A stretch of DNA of 64,000 nucleotides from an uncultured Clostridia bacterium (GTDB taxonomy: Bacteria > Bacillota > Clostridia > Christensenellales > UBA1242): the NCBI GenBank assembly GCA_944350275.1, contig CALVOK010000014.1:75545-139544 (forward strand). Direction: 5' to 3'. Numbering within the stretch: position 1 is the stretch's first letter; every line of letters begins with the position of its first letter. Under the pieces are notes generated by a model. It did no database searches and was not told where the DNA came from. It saw only the letters and a program-made list of their open reading frames with translations. Shown in pieces: positions 38,310-47,573 of this stretch. The translations under genes and the position numbers were made by a program.

Positions 38310-38990
38310 TTACAAAGTAACGTTTATTTTTATTCCTGGACTCATGGTAGATGCAATTGTAACATTTTTGAAATATTGACCTTTTGCTGCTGCTGGCTTT
38401 GCCTTTGTAAGAGCCTCAATAACAGTGTTGAAGTTGTCTACAAGTTTCTCTTTTCCGAAACTTACCTTGCCAAGTATTACGTGTACATTGTTTGTCTTGT
38501 CAAGTCTATATTCAACTTTACCTGCTTTGGCATCATTTATTGCCTTTGCAACATCCATAGTAACTGTGCCACTCTTTGGGTTTGGCATAAGTCCCTTAGG
38601 TCCAAGTACTCTTGCAACTCGACCTACAACACCCATCATATCAGGGGTTGTAATACAAACGTCAAAGTCAAGCCATCCACCTTGAATTTTTGCAACTATC
38701 TCTTCTGCTCCGACATAGTCAGCACCTGCCTTTGTTGCCTCGTCAGCCTTGTCACCCTTTGCAATAACTAAAACCTTGAGTGATTTACCTGTTCCATGAG
38801 GAAGTATGCAGACACCTCTAACCTGTTGGTCAGCATTTCTTCCATCAACACCGAGTTTAACGTGAAGTTCTACTGTCTCATCAAACTTTGCTTTAGGAAG
38901 AGATAATAATGTCTCAAAGCCACTTGCTATATCATAAGATTTTTGAGTGATAGCCTGAGCACTTTGTGTATACTTTTTACTTGCTTTCAT
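38310..38990 (-). CDS. rplA: 50S ribosomal protein L1
   Basis: 226 aa. ...[24 protein letters not shown]...LPHGTGK...[11 protein letters not shown]... Confidence 0.95.
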   Translation of the reverse strand: MKASKKYTQSAQAITQKSYDIASGFETLLSLPKAKFDETVELHVKLGVDGRNADQQVRGVCILPHGTGKSLKVLVIAKGDKADEATKAGADYVGAEEIVAKIQGGWLDFDVCITTPDMMGVVGRVARVLGPKGLMPNPKSGTVTMDVAKAINDAKAGKVEYRLDKTNNVHVILGKVSFGKEKLVDNFNTVIEALTKAKPAAAKGQYFKNVTIASTMSPGIKINVTL

Positions 38991-39001
38991 GTTTCTCCTC
39001 C

Positions 39002-39430
39002 TTAGTCAACCACAGTGACACCCATGCTTCGAGCGGCACCTTCAATCATTGACATTGCAGACTCAATTGATGTACAGTTAAGGTCTGGCATTTTTGTCTC
39101 GGCAATTTGTCTAACTTGCTCTTTAGTGATTGTCCCGACTTTTGTTTTGTTTGGTACTGCTGAACCCTTTTCAAGCCCAATAGCCTTCATAATAAGAATT
39201 GCTGCTGGTGGGGTCTTGAGTACGAATGAAAAACTTCTATCCGCATAGATAGTCACAACTACAGGTATCTTAAGACCTGCTTGTGATGCAGTTTTTTCAT
39301 TGAATTCTTTGGTAAATGCACCTAGGTTGATTCCATGAGGTCCAAGTGTTGAACCAACTGGAGGTCCCGGAGTGGCTTTACCTGCATCGAGTTGTAATTT
39401 TACAACTGCTGAAATTTTCTTTTCTGCCAT
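39002..39430 (-). CDS. rplK: 50S ribosomal protein L11
   Basis: Start moved to the ATG at 39430 (RBS AGGAGG): [44 protein letters not shown]... Confidence 0.95.
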   Translation of the reverse strand: MAEKKISAVVKLQLDAGKATPGPPVGSTLGPHGINLGAFTKEFNEKTASQAGLKIPVVVTIYADRSFSFVLKTPPAAILIMKAIGLEKGSAVPNKTKVGTITKEQVRQIAETKMPDLNCTSIESAMSMIEGAARSMGVTVVD

Positions 39431-39455
39431 TTTTTCCTCCTTTCGTGGTTTTATA

Positions 39456-39483
39456 GAGTGGTTGCAGTTCCGCTCTCCCACAT
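39456..39483 (-). promoter_or_regulatory. Candidate L1-binding autoregulatory site in the rplK leader
   Basis: Minus strand reads UGUGGGAGAGCGGAACUGCAACCACUC. This is a GUGG/CCAC stem enclosing GGGAG, resembling the 23S L1-stalk GGUGGGAG...ACCACC element, about 25 nt upstream of the RBS. Confidence 0.3.
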
Positions 39484-39642
39484 ATTTTTTTGCTAAGTCA
39501 TCTTAGCATATTTTTAAGTAGTTTTATGTCGTGCTCAGGACAATATATTAACTCCTAAAGTTTGTACCAAATTAGATTTTTTGCTTTTTTACCAAATCGG
39601 ATATTATACTTTAGAGTTTATATATAGTAAAATTTGTAAATA

Positions 39643-39801
39643 TTAAAATCGTTCCTCTTCGAAGATGCTATCCTCTTTCTCTCTGCGCTGTCTTTTCTCT
39701 TCAACAGTCTCATAATCTCTCTTTTCGGCTTTTTGCTGTTCTTTGAGACGTTGCATAAGTTCGCTAATCTCTTCTCTTGTAAAAACTGCCCTTTTCTTCA
39801 T
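39643..39801 (-). CDS. Small highly charged protein (52 aa) inserted between nusG and rplK
   Basis: ATG at 39801 with RBS AAAAAGGAGAAAA: MKKRAVFTREEISELMQRLKEQQKAEKRDYETVEEKRQRREKEDSIFEEERF. Confidence 0.5.
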   Translation of the reverse strand: MKKRAVFTREEISELMQRLKEQQKAEKRDYETVEEKRQRREKEDSIFEEERF

Positions 39802-39863
39802 GGTTTTCTCCTTTTTTATGCCATGGAAATAGGTTTGTCTTACGCAAAAGAATTCCACAGCAT

Positions 39864-40526
39864 TTAGTTATTTATGCGACGAACCTGTGAAAGTTCCACA
39901 TCAACAGGAGTAATTCTATTGAACATTTCGACATTAACCGACAAGTGACCTGTCTCGGCATCTACCTGGGTAACCTCTCCGACCTGACCATTTAGTGCAC
40001 CGTCAACTATCTCGACCTTGTCTCCTACTTTAAGGTCTGTCTCAACCTTTATCTTCTCAAGTCTAAGTTTGATAACCTCTTCCTCTGGCATAGGAAGCGG
40101 GCGACCTTTTGGTCCTGCAAAACCTGTAATTCCACGAGTTCTTATCACGTTATGCCAAATGTCGTCGGCATATTTCATTTTGACAAGTATATAACATGGG
40201 AATTTCTTTCGTTGAACAAGTACTTTTTTGCCTTTCTTTTCTTCAACTACCTCTTCCATTGGTATTACAATATCAAAAATTCGGTCTTGAAGATTAAATT
40301 TTTCAACAACCGTCTCAAGATTTTCTTTTGCCACGTTCTCATATCCTGAAAATGTATGAAGAACATACCACTTTGCTGGAAGGCTGTCGACAAATTCCTT
40401 GTAGCCCTTTTCGTCATCATACTCCTCTGCTGGAGACAACTGCTCAGTGTTATCTAACTGCTCATTCTCAGTGTTTTCTATATTTTGTGTGTCGTTGTTG
40501 TCAATAGTGGTTTCCTTATCTTCCAT
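39864..40526 (-). CDS. nusG: Transcription termination/antitermination factor NusG with ~50-aa acidic N-terminal extension
   Basis: 220 aa. The conserved core starts at ...AKWYVLHTFSGYENVAKENL and the C-terminus carries KOW (GDKVEIVDGALNGQVGEV). Confidence 0.95.
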   Translation of the reverse strand: MEDKETTIDNNDTQNIENTENEQLDNTEQLSPAEEYDDEKGYKEFVDSLPAKWYVLHTFSGYENVAKENLETVVEKFNLQDRIFDIVIPMEEVVEEKKGKKVLVQRKKFPCYILVKMKYADDIWHNVIRTRGITGFAGPKGRPLPMPEEEVIKLRLEKIKVETDLKVGDKVEIVDGALNGQVGEVTQVDAETGHLSVNVEMFNRITPVDVELSQVRRINN

Positions 40527-40621
40527 TATTACCCCTCTATAAATTAAATTTATTAAATTTTATTCTATCAATTTTAAGACCTAATTATTTTAATTATAGG
40601 ACCTCGAGATTGATATTAATT

Positions 40622-41044
40622 TTAGTGCCTAAGTAAGTTCATAAGGAGTCCGAGGCAATAGTCTATTCCATAAATAATGACTGCAAAAATTAGCACAACC
40701 ACAAGTACAGTGCCTGTCTTTTTGCACACATCGGCAAAGGATGGCCATGTAACTTTTTTAAGTTCTGCAATTGTCTCTCTCGTCTTTCTTCTAAGTTTGC
40801 CTTTTTCTTTCTGCTTTGCATTCTTGCCCTTAGCATTTTTTTGATTTTTGACATTTTTATCCTTTTTAGCATTCTTGTCTGCCTTTTCAAGATTTTTGTC
40901 TACACTTTGCTCTGGGTTTGCCTGCACCTGTTGAGTCTTTTCGCTCTCAGTCTCCTGATTGTTGTTTGCCAAAAGGACTGCATCACTATTTTGTGCCTGT
41001 TTTACCTTTTTATTTTTGTTTTGTGCTTTTTTCTTTTTAGACAT
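40622..41044 (-). CDS. secE: Preprotein translocase SecE with ~85-aa Lys/Gln/Asn-rich N-terminal extension
   Basis: 140 aa. C-terminal ...TRETIAELKKVTWPSFADVCKKTGTVLVVVLIFAVIIYGIDYCLGLL is the canonical SecE core. Confidence 0.9.
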   Translation of the reverse strand: MSKKKKAQNKNKKVKQAQNSDAVLLANNNQETESEKTQQVQANPEQSVDKNLEKADKNAKKDKNVKNQKNAKGKNAKQKEKGKLRRKTRETIAELKKVTWPSFADVCKKTGTVLVVVLIFAVIIYGIDYCLGLLMNLLRH

Positions 41045-41169
41045 TATAGCCCCCTAGACTAATTATTTTTAGTTTTGATTGCAAAAGTAGTTTAAGTAAA
41101 GTACCTCACCTCTTTAGCCTTCGGTGTTTTACAAACTCTACTTTTGTAAGGTTTACTTAATTTTCAAAC

Positions 41170-41331
41170 TTACTTTGTTTCTTTGTGAACTGTTCTCTTT
41201 CCACAACGAGAGCAAAATTTCTTTATTTCAATTCGCTCTGGGTTTGCTGTTGTGTTTTTGCTTGACGCATAGTTTCTCTCTTGACATTCTGTGCAAGCAA
41301 GAATAATATTTTTACGTTTTGGTGTTGCCAT
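41170..41331 (-). CDS. rpmG: 50S ribosomal protein L33
   Basis: Below the ORF-track size cutoff. My own translation is [53 protein letters not shown] (53 aa, CxxC...CxxC). Confidence 0.9.
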   Translation of the reverse strand: MATPKRKNIILACTECQERNYASSKNTTANPERIEIKKFCSRCGKRTVHKETK

Positions 41332-41377
41332 TTTCTTTCTCCTAACAAAAAACTAACACCCCATCGCTGAAGTGCTA

Positions 41378-41411
41378 GCATTATAATATCACATATTAAC
41401 TTTTTTGTCAA
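41378..41411 (-). promoter_or_regulatory. Putative sigma-A promoter of the rpmG-secE-nusG operon
   Basis: Minus strand reads TTGACA, a 17-nt spacer, then TATTAT (with TG upstream), about 45 nt upstream of the rpmG ATG. Confidence 0.5.
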
Positions 41412-41579
41412 CAATTTCTTAGATATTTTTTAGATAATTTTATATTAGTTATAATTATTTTATCATATTTTGCAATTTGATAGATTTTGCGGTTTGTTTT
41501 TAACCTTTAAATATTTGGTCTTTGCACAGTATAACTTTTTTAAATATCATAGACAATTTAAAGTAGGTAAAAATTTGTT

Positions 41580-41867
41580 TTACTCCTCACCTTTCTTTTT
41601 CTTAACATCTGTTGTGGCTTCAATAAGAAGAACATAATCATCCTTATTTGATGACTTTTTTACCATTTCAAAAGCGGTTGGAAAGTTGAAGTCAAAATCA
41701 TACTTTTCAACATAATTAAAATAGGTTTTCAAGCACTCTCTCGCATACAAAAATGCTTCCTCCACCGTCTCACCATCCGTGGTAAGTTCAAGGTCTGGGA
41801 AAAGTACTTGGAAGTTCTCATTTTCGGTATCCTTAATAAAAACCGCTGGATAAATATAATGTTTCAT
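41580..41867 (-). CDS. HicB-like (UPF0150) antitoxin-fold protein, no adjacent HicA
   Basis: 95 aa, RBS AGGAG. MKHYIYPAVFIKDTENENFQVLFPDLELTTDGETVEEAFLYARECL matches the HicB N-terminal domain pattern (YPAxF...PDLPGC.T.G.T.EEA). Confidence 0.55.
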   Translation of the reverse strand: MKHYIYPAVFIKDTENENFQVLFPDLELTTDGETVEEAFLYARECLKTYFNYVEKYDFDFNFPTAFEMVKKSSNKDDYVLLIEATTDVKKKKGEE

Positions 41868-42061
41868 GACTGCTCCTACAATTTAAGGTCAAAAAAGGTT
41901 GCTAAAGTTATCTAACCAAATTATTAAAACCTTATAAAAAGTCCTCTCCCTTTAATATTAACATAAAAAATGCGTTTTTCAAAACAAAAAACACATTTTT
42001 TTACAATTTGTTATATTTGTATTTTTTTTAAAAAATCAACCTATCTAAAATTCACCAAAAA

Positions 42062-44791
42062 TTACTCGCTATGGTCTTTATCCCAACAGCAGTTTTTGTA
42101 TTTTTTACCGCTTCCGCATGGGCAAGGGTCGTTTCGTCCTATACCCTTTTTGTCATTATAGACGGTTTTCTGTACTTTTAGTTGTGCCTTTTTCTTTTGT
42201 GCTCTCTCCTCTGGAGTAAGTTCTTTACCTGTGAAGATTATCTTTGCTGGCTCTGGCTGTTGCGGTGCAGGCTCTCTCCTGATAGTTGCACTCAAAAGTG
42301 TTTTACAAGTCATCTCCTTTATCTTCTCAATCATAGAGTCAAACATATCAAACCCCTCTTTTTTGTAGGCAAAGATTGGGTCCTGTTGACCAAATTGTCT
42401 TGCCAAGATTTCATCTTTCATTATCTGCATATTTTCTATTTGGCTCATCCAATTTATGTCAACCATTCGTAGCAAGATATTTCTCTCTATAACCTCAAAG
42501 TCAATGCCTATCTCCTTGAGTTCTTGCTTTCGGTTTTCATATTTCTTGTTTACAATGTCAAGTACCTTTTCAATTACATCTTTAACGTCGCACTCTTCGA
42601 CAAAGTCCTCATCTATGGTATTGCTATCCTTGTCGAGCAGTCCATTTTCAAGTTCATGATTGAGTGTCTTTAAATCCCAGTTGTAATATGGCACATCATC
42701 AGAGATAACCTTTCTTACCGACTTCTCAATGACGTCTGGGAACATTTTAACAATCTGCTCATGCACAGGCTCGCCATCAAGCACCTTGTTTCTCTCCGAG
42801 TAAATAATCTCTCTTTGCTTATTCATAACATCGTCAAACTGCAAAACCGTCTTTCTTATGCTAAAATTTTGAAGTTCCACTTTGCGTTGAGAATTTTCAA
42901 TCTGCTTTGATAACTGTTTAAGTTGGATTGGTGTTGAATCGTCAAATTTAAAAAATGCTAAGAGTTTTCTAAGTCTTTCTGTTGCAAAACGTTTAAATAG
43001 GTCATCATCAAGTGATAGGAAAAATATACTTGAGCCTGGGTCACCTTGACGACCTGACCTACCACGAAGTTGGTTGTCAATTCGGCGAGATTCATGTCTC
43101 TCAGTTCCTATAATATGAAGTCCGCCAAGCGCTTTCACCTCTTCTTTCTCTGCATCGGTTATTATTTTAAACTTCTCGTATAACTTTTTATACTCCGCCC
43201 TTGCCTTGTTGAGTTTTACATCGTCTACAACATTAAACGCGGTCGCATAGGAGATTTCCTCGTCAGTAAAGTCTCGCTCTCTCATCTCTTTTGTTGCCAT
43301 AAATTCAGGGTTACCGCCAAGCAGTATATCGGTACCACGACCTGCCATATTGGTTGCAATGGTTATCGCACCCTTTCTGCCTGCCTGAGCGACAATTTCG
43401 CTTTCTTTTTCATTGTTTTTAGCATTTAACACCTGGTGCTTAATACCCTCTCTGCGAAGAGCATTAGACAAAAGTTCACTTTTATCAATATTGATAGTAC
43501 CAATCAGGGTTGGCTGACCGGTTTTTGCACACTCTTTTATCTCTTCAATTATAGCCTTTATCTTGCCTTTTTCTGAGATATACATGACGTCTGGGTAGTC
43601 AATTCGCTGTTTTGGTTTGTTGGTCGGTATGGTCACAACGTCGAGGTTGTAAATTGTTCTAAACTCGCCCTCCTCGGTCTTGGCAGTACCTGTCATACCT
43701 GAGAGTTTGCTGTAAAGCCTAAAGAAATTTTGGAAGGTGATGGTTGCAAGTGTTTGGTTCTCATCTCGGATAACAACACCCTCCTTTGCCTCTATTGCCT
43801 GATGAAGTCCTGAACTAAAACGTCTACCAGGAGAAAGTCTGCCTGTAAACTCATCGACAATGATAACCTCATCATTTTTAACAATGTAGTTTTCATCTCT
43901 ATGCATGATAAAATTTGCTCTAAGAGCATTGTTGATATAGTGGCTTAGTTCAATATTTTCAATATCTGACAGATTGTCAATCTTGTAAAAATTCTCTGCC
44001 TTTCTTATGCCCTGTTCGGTAAGATTTATCTGTTTTGTCTTGATATCAATCTCGAAATCTTCGCCATTTTTGAGAGTTTTAACAAATCTCTGTGCGGTGC
44101 TATATCCGTCAGTCGACTTTCCCCCTCTTCCGCTTATAATAAGAGGAGTTCTTGCCTCGTCTATAAGGATGCTATCAACCTCGTCGACAATGGCAAAGTT
44201 GAGTCCCCTTTGGACCCTTCCATTCTTGTTTATCGCCATATTGTCACGAAGATAATCAAAACCAAGTTCGTTGTTTGTTGTGTAAGTTATATCACATAAA
44301 TATGCCTGTTTCTTTTGCTGTTCGCTTTGACCGTTTAATGAAACACCTACGCTTAGTCCTAAAAATTTGTAGACCTTACCCATCCATTCTGCGTCACGTT
44401 TTGCAAGGTATTCATTGACGGTAACGACATGGACACCCTTACCTGAGATTGCATTAAGGTAGGCAGGAAGTGTCGCCACCAAAGTCTTACCTTCACCTGT
44501 TGCCATCTCTGCAATTCTGCCCTGATGAAGTGCAATTCCACCTAATAGTTGCACATAAAAATGTCGCATATTAAGTACCCTTGCAGATGCCTCTCTGACA
44601 ACTGCAAATGCCTCTGGCAAAAGTTGGTCAAGCGACTCACCTGTCTTGTATCTATTTTTAAACTCGTCAGTGCAGGCACGAAGTTGCTCATTTGTATAAC
44701 TTTTGTATTTCTCTTCAAATGCGACAACCTTATCTGCAATTTTCTTTAATTTTTTAACCTGTGATTTATTTTCATTTCCAAACAGTCCCAT
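42062..44791 (-). CDS. secA: Preprotein translocase ATPase SecA
   Basis: 909 aa. MATGEGKTL Walker A, DEVDSILIDEARTPLII, and the C-terminal zinc tail CPCGSGKKYKNCC. Confidence 0.97.
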   Translation of the reverse strand: MGLFGNENKSQVKKLKKIADKVVAFEEKYKSYTNEQLRACTDEFKNRYKTGESLDQLLPEAFAVVREASARVLNMRHFYVQLLGGIALHQGRIAEMATGEGKTLVATLPAYLNAISGKGVHVVTVNEYLAKRDAEWMGKVYKFLGLSVGVSLNGQSEQQKKQAYLCDITYTTNNELGFDYLRDNMAINKNGRVQRGLNFAIVDEVDSILIDEARTPLIISGRGGKSTDGYSTAQRFVKTLKNGEDFEIDIKTKQINLTEQGIRKAENFYKIDNLSDIENIELSHYINNALRANFIMHRDENYIVKNDEVIIVDEFTGRLSPGRRFSSGLHQAIEAKEGVVIRDENQTLATITFQNFFRLYSKLSGMTGTAKTEEGEFRTIYNLDVVTIPTNKPKQRIDYPDVMYISEKGKIKAIIEEIKECAKTGQPTLIGTINIDKSELLSNALRREGIKHQVLNAKNNEKESEIVAQAGRKGAITIATNMAGRGTDILLGGNPEFMATKEMRERDFTDEEISYATAFNVVDDVKLNKARAEYKKLYEKFKIITDAEKEEVKALGGLHIIGTERHESRRIDNQLRGRSGRQGDPGSSIFFLSLDDDLFKRFATERLRKLLAFFKFDDSTPIQLKQLSKQIENSQRKVELQNFSIRKTVLQFDDVMNKQREIIYSERNKVLDGEPVHEQIVKMFPDVIEKSVRKVISDDVPYYNWDLKTLNHELENGLLDKDSNTIDEDFVEECDVKDVIEKVLDIVNKKYENRKQELKEIGIDFEVIERNILLRMVDINWMSQIENMQIMKDEILARQFGQQDPIFAYKKEGFDMFDSMIEKIKEMTCKTLLSATIRREPAPQQPEPAKIIFTGKELTPEERAQKKKAQLKVQKTVYNDKKGIGRNDPCPCGSGKKYKNCCWDKDHSE

Positions 44792-45069
44792 TTCCTCTCC
44801 TTAGCGGTTTAATAATAATTTTCTTATATTATTTTTAACCATTTTTATATTTTTATATTTAACTTCACCTAAAATGCACAAAATACAACTTATACTTTAT
44901 ATGATTTTTTGAAAAAAGTCAAGTTTTTATCTGCCTTAACTAAAAAAGCAGGATATTTTTTGTAAAATTCTTCCTAATTTGTCAAATTTTTTAATTTTGA
45001 TATTGACTTATAGGCTGTTTTGTTGTAAAATATTAGAGAAATTAAGATATATTATATAAGGAGAAAAGT

Positions 45070-47295
45070 ATGGGATTTTTAAAAAATATTGCTAAAAAAA
45101 TAAGCAATGCTGTAGCCTCTCTAAAGGCTAGCAGTTCTGCTAAAGCCCTTGCAAAAGCCGACCTAAACCTTTCAAACTCAACTATTGTAAACAACAGTGT
45201 GCTTACAGGGCGAGACAATTTTGATGAGAAACTTGACAGTTTTAAAGATGCATCTACAAAACACTTTTTAACCTATTTTAAAGGCAAATCTCTCAAAGAA
45301 GTTGCAGACTATGTCACAGATTTGACAAACTTTGTGCATGAGAGCGAATTTGTAAGACAAATTGATGCTAAAAATAGACAAAGGGCTATGCATGGCGACA
45401 AGTCAAAACTCTCAATAAAAGACTTAAAACAATATTTTGCAGGCGGACAAAACCTATCTGAAAAAGATAGAGAGGCTTATCGTCAAATTGCCTCAAGAAC
45501 TCAGGCAAAGGCAAGAGCGCTGTCCTATATCAAGGCAAATTTTGTTGGTATTTGCAATATGCGAGACCTCTCATCTAGTGATGACAAAGAAAACTTCACA
45601 AGAATTATGGACGCAGTAATGAGTTACGCAGACAAAGACATAAACAATTTCGCTGTGTCAGATTTTGACAGTGAAAAGATAAACAGCAAGGTGTTAAAGT
45701 CAAGAAATGACTACTTAAAAGCCTTAAATTTATCTGAGTCAAATGTTACAAAACTTCTCCAGGAAAGAATGGATGCAAACCTAGAGGCAGGCAAACTTCT
45801 TAAAGTTGTTGCAAAGACACTTAATGATTATTCAAACGAATTTGATAAGAAAATCAATACAATTATCACCAAAAATCATGAAATTGAGCAAAAACAGACA
45901 ATCAACAACTCTTTTGCCTTACTCAATAAAAATCTCAGAACCGCTCACGACGAATACGAAAAAAACCTCGAAACAAGCAAACTTGATAAAATTTGGGTCA
46001 AGAATTCTAAACTCAAACGCAAGGAGAAAAAGGCAATTTTAGCCCGTCAACAAGAATTTATCTCCGCTTTTACTAACATCGCTCGCGACGTACCTCTTTA
46101 CGAAAATGACGAAGATGGAAATGTCAAAGTGTTTGGCAATGATTACAACATCTTCAACATTGTAAATGGTGAGAATAACCTTGAAAAACTGCTAAATCTT
46201 ATTGAAAGTTATAACCAAGACGACTCTGTCGACCACTCAAATGATATCTTTGTTGTAAAATCAGATGAAAATCAGACTGTAATCTGCACAAAGACTCAAG
46301 ATAGCATTATGAGAAAGATTTATAATGATATTGTAGAATACGCAAAAGATACAGTAAGTCAACCTGACTATCAAGGCGAAAACCCTCTTGAAAACTTCTG
46401 TTATAAAAATTTGAGACACTCTATCAGTGAGGAAACTTTAACTGGAATTAGTTCCGCCCTCTTAGGTGATGGATTTGATAAAAATTCTATTGCCACCGAT
46501 TACCAAGATTTAACTCCTGCTCAAATTGAGAGCCTTTACAACTTTATTGCAGATAATGAACCTGTCAAAACACTGCTCTCAAACAGCGAGGCAAGTGACT
46601 TTGAGGTTGACAATCAACTTCTCAGCACACTCTCCCCTGATAATAAAAATAGCAGTCTAGATACAGTTATCGCTCATATGCAAATCAAGGGTATTGAAAG
46701 CGAAATTGACAGAATGGGGAAAGAGTTTAAAGAAAATGCGTCTGCAGTTGAGAGCAATAAATCTTCAAGAGACAAAGATTTTGCCGAGGCACAAAATATC
46801 TATGAAGAGATGACTAAAACCCTTGAAAACACCGCAAATGTTGGTGATATGAATTATGCCCAGAAGAATAAAAATGCTGTCAATGTGGAAACTATAAAAA
46901 ATATCATTGATAAAGACCTTGCAAAGATTGTTGGTCAAATTGAACTTCCTGAAAATGCTGAGCAACTTGGAAGTGACCTCTCCTCTGCCTGCACTTTTGG
47001 AAATATGGAATATAAAATGGATAAGACTTATGACAAGACTATCCCTGTAAAAAATGGACAAAATGCGTTCTATCTTACAAGTGCTCTCGCAGATAATCTC
47101 TTGGAAGAGATTGAAAATGATATAAAAGACTGTCCTACAAGCACAATTGACGAAAAAGACAGTATGTGCAAAAAATACCTGACTATTTACGACAAAGAAA
47201 ATATAAAAGAATTCACAAACGAGGTAAAAAGCACAATCAAACATAAAAATGTCTTGACAACTGCCGACAACGGTCTTGAAGAACGTGATTTTTAA
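45070..47295 (+). CDS. Orphan 741-aa protein (no signal peptide, no TM; amphipathic Lys/Ala/Ser N-terminus)
   Basis: RBS TAAGGAGAAAA: MGFLKNIAKKISNAVASLKASSSAKALAKA... The remainder is charged, Asn/Lys/Glu-rich and probably helical. A terminator hairpin lies at about 47380-47425. Confidence 0.7.
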   Translation: MGFLKNIAKKISNAVASLKASSSAKALAKADLNLSNSTIVNNSVLTGRDNFDEKLDSFKDASTKHFLTYFKGKSLKEVADYVTDLTNFVHESEFVRQIDAKNRQRAMHGDKSKLSIKDLKQYFAGGQNLSEKDREAYRQIASRTQAKARALSYIKANFVGICNMRDLSSSDDKENFTRIMDAVMSYADKDINNFAVSDFDSEKINSKVLKSRNDYLKALNLSESNVTKLLQERMDANLEAGKLLKVVAKTLNDYSNEFDKKINTIITKNHEIEQKQTINNSFALLNKNLRTAHDEYEKNLETSKLDKIWVKNSKLKRKEKKAILARQQEFISAFTNIARDVPLYENDEDGNVKVFGNDYNIFNIVNGENNLEKLLNLIESYNQDDSVDHSNDIFVVKSDENQTVICTKTQDSIMRKIYNDIVEYAKDTVSQPDYQGENPLENFCYKNLRHSISEETLTGISSALLGDGFDKNSIATDYQDLTPAQIESLYNFIADNEPVKTLLSNSEASDFEVDNQLLSTLSPDNKNSSLDTVIAHMQIKGIESEIDRMGKEFKENASAVESNKSSRDKDFAEAQNIYEEMTKTLENTANVGDMNYAQKNKNAVNVETIKNIIDKDLAKIVGQIELPENAEQLGSDLSSACTFGNMEYKMDKTYDKTIPVKNGQNAFYLTSALADNLLEEIENDIKDCPTSTIDEKDSMCKKYLTIYDKENIKEFTNEVKSTIKHKNVLTTADNGLEERDF

Positions 47296-47573
47296 AAATT
47301 AATATGCAAAATTCAATTCTAATATGAAAAATTAATAAATTAGCACACATTGCTTTTAAACGTAAAATTCATTGATTTAAAAAACATACTTAGCAAATTT
47401 AAACGCTAGGTATGTTTTTATTATATCTATTCTCTATTTTGCAACTAGAATAATCTTATCAAATTTTTCTTTCTCTATATTTTGCAACTAAAATCAACCT
47501 TTACTTGACAAATGGGCAATATAATGTTATTATATATTAATAATATTACTATTTTACTAATAAAGGAGTAAAT

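Noticed and set aside
41223-41414. 63-aa minus-strand ORF in the track.
   Set aside because: It overlaps rpmG (41170..41331) in another frame. The L33 translation is unmistakable, so the 63-aa ORF is rejected.
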